From Massalongia carnosa (taxonomy: Eukaryota): DNA of 64,000 nucleotides. The position numbers were made by a program, and so were the translations under genes. Below are positions 52,201 to 64,000 of the stretch, in pieces (the first letter of the stretch is position 1; the number at the start of each line of letters is the position of its first letter). The stretch is taken from NCBI GenBank assembly GCA_965645245.1, contig OZ287070.1, forward strand, positions 2,356,001 to 2,420,000, given 5' to 3'. The notes beneath the pieces are model-generated. The model was not told the origin of the DNA. It ran no database searches and worked only from the letters and a program-made list of their open reading frames with translations.

Positions 52201-54225
52201 TTCATGACTTCTTTCGCAAATACTAATTTTCAGCTTCGCTCCGTCAATGACGAGCTCATCATATATCAACCATACCAATCACCAATAGAAGGAAGCCGAG
52301 ACACCGCTCTAAGGTTTCTGAAACTGTTGAACCCTCAATTCTTAAATTCAGTAACAGACATAGATTATAATGAAGAAAGTCGAGTACAGCCACTACGAGC
52401 AATACCGGACCTTGATAATTATAGCACGGTTTTTATGCCGGGATCATCTCCTAGCTTCGTTATGAAGCCTGCTGCAAGCCTACCTCATATCATCAACCTA
52501 AGAACAGGTCCTATTCGAAGCCTAAGCAAATTTAGCACGTCCAAATGCGAGAAGGGCTTTCTCTATATCGATAACAGCGTATGCCCTCAATGCTATATGT
52601 TTTGAATATACTTATGACCAAGCTAGGGCTCAACTTTCTCGGCACAGTTGCCCTCAGACTGCCAGTACACCACTGGCTGGGTCACCCGTAAGGTCGTCGT
52701 AGGCGAAGAAATCCAAGCACTAGATTACCATGAAGGGAAAGACGCCCACGTTCTTGGAACAAGCCAACTATCAGATTTCAAACTGCCAGAGGACGATGTG
52801 CAGGGTGACACAAATCACGATGGTTCTCTCTCTCTCTGATTTTCTTGATGAGATTGACTCATAATATTTAATATAGACATGTCATTCCCGCCCCAAATCG
52901 ATCAAGGATCAATTAAGCTCTTAGACCATAAAACTTGGTCTATAATCGACAAGTAAGCCACCCTCAACCTTTTTAGCCGATCCCAACATCACACTAATGC
53001 TTTTTCATAGACACGGACTCGACCCAGCGGAGTTAATAATGTGCATCAAGACGATGACCCTTGAAATATCCGAACACACGCACGCCCGCCAAGAACTCGT
53101 CGCCGTCGGCACCGCCCTCGTCCGCGGTGAAGACCTCTCCTCCCTCGGCCGCATCTATATCTTCGCCATCATAGACGTGGTCCCGTACCCCGGCCGTCCA
53201 GAGACCGGACGGAAGCTGAAACTTATCGCCAAGGAGGAGGTGAAAGGGGCCGTAACCGCTCTGTCGGAGATCGGGAGCCAGGGATTCTTGCTCGTGGCGC
53301 AGGGCCAGAAATGTCTGGTGCGTGGGCTGAAGGAGGATGGATCGCTGCTGCCGGTTGCGTTTATGGACATGCAATGTTATATTACGGTTGCGAAGGAGCT
53401 TAAGGGGACGGGACTGTGCTTGACGGGGGATGTGATCAAAGGGCTTTGGCTGGCGGGGTATTACGTACGTCTTTGTGATTTCCCTTCTTGCTATCTCTCC
53501 GAAAGAAGAAAACCCAGAAGAAGAAAAGTCCTTGACCCAACGAGCTAACAACGATATAAACTAATCTAGGAGGAGCCCTACCAACTCCGACTCTTCGGCA
53601 AATCCCCACGGCCCATCGACGTTGTCGCTGCCGATTTCTTGCCCGATGGGAAGCAGCTCTATATCGTCGTCGCGGACGCAGATTGCAACATTCACATTTT
53701 ACAATTCGACCCAGACGGTACGTGTTCTCCCCCCCTCCTTATGAATAGCCTCCTTACTAACCCTTCGCGCGTTCAATCCTCCCAGATCCCAAATCTCTCG
53801 CCGGCCAACGTCTCCTTCCCCTCGCTTCCTTCCACACCGGCCACTATCCCTCGACACTCACCCTCCTTCCCCCTATCCCCTCCTCCCCATCCACCTCCTC
53901 CACGCGCTCCATCCTCCTCACCTCCTCCTCCGGCTCCCTCGCCATCCTCACCCCCCTCTCGCCGCCCACCCACCGCCCTCTCGCCGCTCTGCAAGCGCAC
54001 CTGCAATCCACGCTCGCGCATCCCCTCGGCTTGAACCCGCGCGCTTATCGCGCCGCGAGCTACCACCTTGGTGGTAGCGGTGGCGGCGGGGGTGGGGGGA
54101 GGGGAGGCGAGATGGGGGGCGTGGTGGATGGGGGTTTGATCAGGAGGTTGGGAGAAGGGGGGAGTTGGAAAAGGTGGGACGGCGGCGGAGAGGAGGGGTT
54201 GGGGGGTGGATGGGGGGGGTTTTGA
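49248..54225 (+). CDS. CFT1: Cleavage and polyadenylation factor subunit Cft1 / CPSF160, multi-exon
   Basis: [78 protein letters not shown] and GLNPRAYR. About 8 introns, the first 51277-51616. Confidence 0.95.
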
Positions 54226-54489
54226 GCCGAGAAACTCTGTTGTGCGCTGATCTTGCTTGACCTGCTTTCCTGCACCGGTTCGCGGGGATACAAGCTATCT
54301 ATTTATCGGCCTCGGGGAAGCCTTTTCGGAAAGAATTGGTGAAAAACTTTCTCTCATCCCCCCTTTCCGTTCCGTTCGTTCACAACCCCTTGCAAACATG
54401 AATTTGCCTTTTTGTTTTTCTTACTTTTTTCCCCCTAGGGAAGTAATCGACAGATGAACCGATGATGAGTGAAAAAACAGCAGGATAAA

Positions 54490-55520
54490 GAGAAAGAACG
54501 GTGATCAGGCGATGATGATGATGATGAAGAAGAAGAAGAAGAATATGTAGAAGACTAGACAGAACCAGTGCCCAAGAAACAGGCCGAGAAATAACCCCCT
54601 ATCGCACCTTTTTCCCTCTAAATCCCTCCCCCCACCTCTGCTCTTACCTCTTTTCTATTTTCTTCTCTTCACTTTTCCCAACTCCTCAACAGCTTCTTCT
54701 CCTTCCTTTCTCTGTTCAATCTTTTTCTTCCGCTTCTCATTTAGTGAATCCTCTCTTCTTCCTCTCCCCCCCTATTTTCTCATCTCTTCTCTTTTTAGTT
54801 TCCTACCTCCTCCAGGATGGAAAAGAAGGAGAAGGAAGGAAGGAAGCATAACTGAAGTCCTTCCTCCTCCGGCTCCTCCCGGATTCTTCTTTTATCCCCC
54901 TTCTTCCTTCTTCTTTCCTTAAACTCATCCTCAATTCACTAAACAGAAATCATTCCTTCGCCTTCGAGCCTTTTCCAAAGATATCCCGGTTCAGCAGTTG
55001 GAGAAGGTCTGGCTTAGGTAGATAGGTAGTATAGACGGAGGGAGATGAATTAAGGGGGGGGGGATACTATAAATACCCATAAGAAAAGCTCTCACTTTAC
55101 TTATTTATCTATTTATGGGTCTTTCTAAAATGTCCTTCTAAGCGTACGAAATGTGAAGAGCGAAAAAGTGAAGCAGCAAGCAAGGGAACAAGAAAGCAAG
55201 TAAGCGGAGAAGGAAGAAATAGTATGAAAAGATAGATAAATAAATAGGTTAGGAAGATAGATATGTAAATGAGGAGATTAGGGAAAGAGAGACATGGGAA
55301 AGAGACGGGAGAGAAGAAAGAGGGAGGGGATGATATGGGTGGGTGTATATGTTTGTGTGAAGAGAGAGAAGAGGAGGGGGACGGTACGTACGTAGGAGGA
55401 GAAAAGTAAGGGGGGAAGGAAGAAGCGGATAGGAGAGGTGGTTGATTGGCATTTTCTAGGGACGATGGCTAGCTATGATAGGATGAGTGGTTGGGGGAGG
55501 GGAGGGAAAGAAGCTTACGA
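54490..55520. repeat. Low-complexity polypyrimidine then polypurine tract between convergent CFT1 and fumarate reductase genes
   Basis: (GAT)n(GAA)n at ~54511-54543, CT-rich ~54600-54960, GA-rich ~55020-55510. Confidence 0.8.
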
Positions 55521-55835
55521 TGGACGGTACAAGAGTTATCTAAGTTGCTCGGGCTTGCAGGGACGAAATGTGTGTAGTGAACATGGGAAACAAACGCGGG
55601 TGTGGGAGCCATATCGGGCGGTCTTAGTCGCACAGCAAACGCTTCATGAATGGGCGCCGTGCAGGTAAAAACCGTGTTGCTAAAACATCCAGAAAAAACC
55701 ACCTAGCCCAGTCCCACATAACGCCCCAAGTTACAGCCATCAAAAATCCGCGCCAACCCACTCAACTCCACCGCGTTCCAATCCGGTTCGAACCAATCTT
55801 GCCCAAAGCACGATAACTTGCGGGACTTCGACACT

Positions 55836-58043
55836 CTAGACGTTTAGGCTTGGGGTTTGACCCTGCACGCGGCCGATAACGATGTTGGCCGCATACTTGG
55901 GGATGACCTCGTCGTCGTGCAGCATTTCAAATTCTGTGAGACGAAGGAAGAAAAGTTAGCTGCGGCGGTAGGTAGTGGTAGTAATCAAGATAGAGCGGAA
56001 ACGAAGTAACCCAACTTACCCTCACTGGCATCCTTCCCCATGTGCGAGAACAATGCCTGCGGCCCTCCAGGATGCTCATCCAGCCAATTCGTGACATCTA
56101 AAACGACGCCCTTGACCACAATCCATAGATCGTCCTTCTTGTTGTGCTTGGCCACTTCCTCCATCGAGTACTCCTTCTCCGGGATCTTGAACTCCGCCGG
56201 ATCCGTCGGTTTCGATACTTTGCCCGGATCCTTGCTATCCGCGTTAGCGCCTTTCATGACGGGCGCGACGGACTGTTGGCTTTGCTGATCCTGTTTGGTT
56301 TCGCCCGAGCTTGGGGAAGCAGAACCGGCATTGCCCCACTCCACGGAGATCTTGCCGGGGGTCGCGGGGTCAATGTGGAGGGATATTTGGCCTAAGCGCT
56401 GCGCAGCGGTTGATACGCCGCCAGCAAGGACTTTTTGGAAGAGATATTGGCTAGCGGAATCACCGGCAACGCGGCCATAGACAACACAGCCGAGTAACGA
56501 GGACCCGCCTAACCTATTCGCTCCGTGTACACCGCCGGCAAGCTCGCCACAAGCATACAAACCCTCGAACGGAGCGCCGTTGGCGTTCAAGACTTCAGCT
56601 TTGTCATTGATTTCGATGCCACCCATAGTGAAATGCAAGACGGGCTCCATAACAGCCACATGGAAGGTATCGTAAATGTCAAAAGGTAGGTTATGAAAGA
56701 ATTTCTTGCCGAAAGGGTCCTTCTTCTTGCCGTTTGCGATATTGTTGTAATCCATAAACGTCTTCTGGAGGGCATCCTCAGAACATCCTATCTCTTTGGC
56801 TAACTCCTTGCCGCTCATTTTCTTCATCAAACCTCGTCCAGAATAATGGCGAGTATGGAAATCGAGAATGTTCGAGGCCTTTGAGTTAAGAACAAGACGA
56901 ATGGGCCATTTCTTTGCCTCCTTTTCCTTCCACATTTCTCCAGAAACATAGTCCCGGTGACCGAGCTCATCTGCGAATCTTTGACCCTTCCCATTTAGCA
57001 ATAGTCCACCTTCGCCGCGTAACGCTATGAAAAAAATTAGCCAAAACTACTTCTTCAACAATTAACTCTTAAATACGTACCTTCAGCGGCTAGGAACTTC
57101 CACTTCGAGCTAGGGTCTTTGGGATCAACCAACCCGGTAGGATGTACCTGAACTTTATCCAAGTCGATACCTTGTCCACCGATGGCCATTAACATCTTCA
57201 ATCCGTCTCCGGTAGCGTGCGTGCCATTTGTGCTCGCTAAATCATAAGTATCTGGCCGGTGCTTCTTGAGTAATGAGGTCTCCGTGAAATCTGCCGCATA
57301 GCCTCCAGTAGCCAAGACCACGACACCATTAACCGAACACTGTTCGCCGCCATATTCATATGAGACCCCTGTGACCCTGTTTCCCTCTTTGTTCACCGAC
57401 GTTACTCGAGCTTTCTTGATTATTTGCACACGTTCGGGGTCGCTTCCTACAAGCTCTTCCAACCGCTGCATCAACGCATAAGTGATAGCCATTCCGGGGA
57501 ACTTTGCATCATGCCCACGGTGGGTTCGTGGTTGGGAGTGCCCACTGGTATCTGTTAACAGCGAAACTGCACTGTCAGCTCAAGGTTGCTCACCCTAATC
57601 GAGAAACAAGGGTCAGATCTAAGTTGAAAATATCTTGCAGCCATTCGACCGCCGCGGCAGACTTGTATGTTAGGACTTTAATCAGATCCGGCCGGGCTTT
57701 GTCTCTGGCTGACTTGAGAGTGTCGTCGTAGAACTGCTTCACGCTGTCCCCAATTTTCTCGTCAACTTGTGTCCGTGTAAGAGCCCCATTGATTCCCGAT
57801 GTTGCTTTTGTTGAATTGCCGCCAAAGAAATCTAATCCGAAGGTTACTTTTTGTATCGTCAACAGCAAGCCTTAGAAATTACTGTTCTTGTCAAGAAGGA
57901 CGACATTGCCCCCGGCTAGATAAATAGTATGTGCTGCACTCAGGCCGGATACTATCTTCATCATCAGTCCAGGATAGATAGGTAACATTTTATGGGTGAA
58001 AGCTCTTACATCCGCCGCCAACTACGATAACCCGAGGAGCCAT
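55836..58043 (-). CDS. OSM1: Soluble FAD-dependent fumarate reductase with C-terminal cytochrome b5 domain, multi-exon
   Basis: MAPRVIVVGGGLSG, GGNSTKATSGING, VLATGG, QVHPTG, LHFTMGG and GVHGANRLGGSSL. The cytochrome b5 part reads EEVAKHNKKDDLW...EHPGG...F-MLH. Confidence 0.93.
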
Positions 58044-59775
58044 ATTGAACAAAGTGAGGCAAGAATAATCAGTCAATCAACTGCAAAAGTATACTGGCTA
58101 AGAAAGGGTAAGACGAGGCAGTATTTGTATATGAAGTATTCGGCCGAGGTTCGGCTGAAGCAGCACATCAGTCAGCAGATTTAAAGCCTGTTGATTGGTT
58201 GTTTAGCACAAGTGAATTATATGTTTTCCGCCCCGCCACCCCGCACACCGGAAAGTAAGTAAGTACCTCGTACTCTACATTTCCTTTGTTTGATCATGTG
58301 TGTAGAGGCGCAATGCCCTAAGCTACCAATCCGTACCTTGGATTGTGCCCCCACCTGATTGGTACCAACGCGTCATAGATTGTGTCAAATGATTTCATGC
58401 CCCTTTTCTTCTCGTCTGGTCTCATCGAACACATGCTTTGTGCTTGGAACAGCAAGGTAGAGTAGACGCCATTCATAGACTTGTGATCCGAAATTTCAGA
58501 ATAACGGTCAGGATACAACAGGTCAGTCGAAAGTAGTCGTTATGTATCTTTGGTAAAATACAGTGTTAATTTGTATTTGCTAAGGCGTAAGGTGAATCCC
58601 TGATCCCTAGCATCTTCCTAGTTTGCTTACTTGGCCATGAGTTAGTTGACGTATATCATTCTATTCCTCTCCTTTCACCCTGACCGCGCCTAATCCCGTT
58701 TCAATACTTGTCGGCCCCAATATCGCCAGATAATTTTTGCCTCTTTCTAGTAGCCCTGTATTTGGATGCGATGTGGAACTCGTGATAGTGTGCTGCTCTG
58801 CTCTGTTTTGGGTTGAGGATGCCGTTTCTCTAGTCCGTGTTCGATGTGATTCTGGTATCTGACTAGAATAGTTTCTGCACTTCTTCTTGCTTGTTTAGAC
58901 TTTACGGGCGAACATTTGAACGTACGAAGCAGGGAGAGTTTGCTGCCTTATACCAAGCTAACCGCAGTGATGCACAGTTGGCATGGATGGGCATTTTCGA
59001 TATAACCAGCGAGTTGAAGATATTGTTATGTTCTACCTTGTGTTATGTAGATTTTCGTATGATTGTCTATGGAGATCATGCAGTGACCACCTAACGTGCC
59101 ATTCTAGTTTTCTGCCACTAAATGCGCTCTACCGCGAGACCTGGACTGACTTTGAGATGAAAATATGGCCCGTCACCCGCTGAACTCAGGTGAGTTGAGC
59201 CGCGAGTTTGCTATTATGCAACACACCGACATTAGGGGTTAACAGAGCTATCGCCTTGTTGACAAATAGGTTTGAACTATGTAGCTAAGGGGGATTAAAG
59301 CTGGGTGTATGCCCCCAACAAGAACGATCTCACTCCTGTATTTTGCTGAGCTAAGGAAAAAGTGACGTACAACGAAAGCTAGTGGGCGTACTTGATTGAG
59401 AACCGAGGTCGAGGTGTTTGATCCTGTGTATGGGTCATGGTGGTGGTTGAAGACGGAGGAACCATTTGACTACAGAGTACACGTTTGTAGATGTGAGTCG
59501 TAGGACTGACTCCTGCCACTGCATGCCGTGGGTGCCTTTCGAAGGTTGTTTCTTAAAGGCTCGGCTTTTGAATATTCCTTCAAGATAGCTGACATCTCTG
59601 ACCACTGCGTTTGATGGTAAAGTGATATACTTGAGTGGTGGTTGCTACAGTATTTCGGATAAAGATTCTTGCTAATCCCGCTACTCTACTAGCAGCGGCT
59701 AACAGTTGGCCTGTCATTCTACGTCATATTTACAAACTCTAACATATATTAGGCCTTGATTCTAAACATCGCATT

Positions 59776-60490
59776 ATGAAGCTATTGGGCTACTCTTGTG
59801 CTATCACCATATTGCTCTACACCTCAAACGTTTCGTCATTTCTTAGCATACCAAACTTTCTAAGCCCTCGTGAGTCCCCCGAGGTGACTCCGGTCTTCCG
59901 GAAGCAAGAGGCAAATATGATCCTGCCCAATGCAGTGCTTCCCCCTTACAGGGAAGATGAAAGCCCGTCAAAAAACACAGATCAGGTCATAATCTCGGAT
60001 GTCATCGGAAAGGAGCGAATTATCAATATCTTCGCTGGGTTAACCAGGGATATCGAAGCAATCTCAGTTCGCCTCGAAAGCAATGAGCAAAACACGACCG
60101 TGTTAGCCCCTTTGAACTCGGAGATGCAAAAGTTGCCAAGGAAGCCTTGGGAGGATCCTAAAGACTATGAAGCTATGGGTGAGCAGGCTTACGATGGCGC
60201 CAGTGGAGAAGACCGGGCTCAGAGGAATTTGAGGAGATTTGTCGAGGCGCATATAGTACCGGCTAGTCCATGGAAGGAGGGTGAGGAGATTACTACTTTA
60301 GGTGGGGTAAAATTAAGATGGGAGGAAAAAGGTGGCCAAAAGATGGTATGTGAAGATATATGGTGCGATAGTGGAAGCTATGCTAATAACAGCCTAGATT
60401 CAACCTGGCAACATCGAGGTTTCAAGCATAGCAAACAAGGTGGCTAATGGAGAGGTCTGGGTACTGAAAGGAGTTGTCAATTACGAGTAA
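59776..60490 (+). CDS. FAS1 (fasciclin) domain-containing secreted protein
   Basis: Signal peptide, TTVLAPLNS, LPRKPWED and NLRRFVEAHIV. After an intron (~60346-60397) it ends VANGEVWVLKGVVNYE*. Confidence 0.88.
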
Positions 60491-61361
60491 TGAATGGATG
60501 ACCCATTTCGAATTTTCTCGTTGGCTTACCGGATATCTCGTAATGTTGAAATGATTTCTAACGTCACACCTCCAAAGTCCTGCGGAGAAGCGACCCCGAC
60601 ACATTGAACATGGTCTGGTGTGATTAGTTGCATTGACATGAACAAACTGAGAGCCGATGTTGGGGCTCAATTTCTGGATCGCTTTGACTGGTGTACAGGA
60701 TAGTGTATACAATAGCCCTCAATCTATTCATGTATTAAGTCCATGGTTATTAGGTTCATACACCGTTGACTTTATTGACAGTTACTAGGAGCCATCAATA
60801 TCTAGTAAGAAAGAACGCATCCAACATATCAGCTTAAGATGTATCTATCTTCGAATATCCGTAAAAATAGGATTTTGATGTTAATTCTGAATTCTGAAAG
60901 AGTTGATATCTACGGAGTACTCCTAATGAAAAGTCGACGATACATGAAAATCCGGGCCGGCATAGTCCCGCTTATGTATATAAAATTACTTGACCATAGT
61001 ACTCCGTAGTTTAGCGCTAAATTGAAAGGAGTAAAGTATATCCGTGTCTCGGACAAGACCCTTAATTCCACGCTATCAGCGTCATAAGCTCCACGGTTAT
61101 TGACCTTCATTCAGTTCAAGGGCATTATCAGCTCCCGTCTCAACTGATCACAGTCGTTTCGCATTCAGACTCTAACAAACTCCTAATAGTTTCAGCGAAA
61201 GGCGCGGAGCCTATCCAGATCTATTGGTGAAGGCGCAAAGTGCCGGGAAGTTTGTGAGTCTTTATGATCTTTTACTATGCAGCTTATGTTTGGATATAGG
61301 CCCTTACTTACGCAATCGGTTAAACAGATTTCTAGATCGTAACAGACCATTTGTCATCGAC

Positions 61362-64000
<2,639 letters not shown>

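Overview
Gene-dense, intron-containing eukaryotic DNA from a filamentous ascomycete (Pezizomycotina; GT-AG introns of mostly 50-130 nt with CTAAC/CTGAC branch points). I can support about 23 protein-coding genes. In order they are: a partial fungal-specific transcription factor, SmG (five exons, only a fragment in the ORF track), NTR2, DUF3844/Vps3844, a conserved hypothetical, a TPT-family transporter, ERO1, KRE33/NAT10, DUF3752, VPS8, a secreted GH16 glucanase with a poly-His tail, a ZIP metal transporter, SNU114, ERG10, cyclophilin H, a RING-H2 ligase, a small hypothetical, a B-box-like zinc-finger protein, a LanC-like protein, an LMBR1 protein, CFT1/CPSF160, a fumarate reductase-cytochrome b5 fusion, a FAS1-domain protein and the 5' part of SIN3. 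A transposon island at ~12.2-14.7 kb holds a hypermutated Tc1 relic, a possible solo LTR and a near-intact 1.29-kb DD38E Tc1-like element without the canonical TA target duplication. The main leads are: (i) a ~1.45-kb, apparently structured non-coding interval at 58.25-59.7 kb (telomerase-RNA-like candidate, unconfirmed); (ii) the His-tailed secreted GH16 directly upstream of the ZIP transporter (possible zincophore-like pair); (iii) the non-TA Tc1 element; (iv) possible unproductive-processing switches in NTR2 and CFT1 introns; (v) recurring C-to-G strand-skew switches. All gene identities come from motif recognition by eye, with no database search, and exon boundaries are manual.
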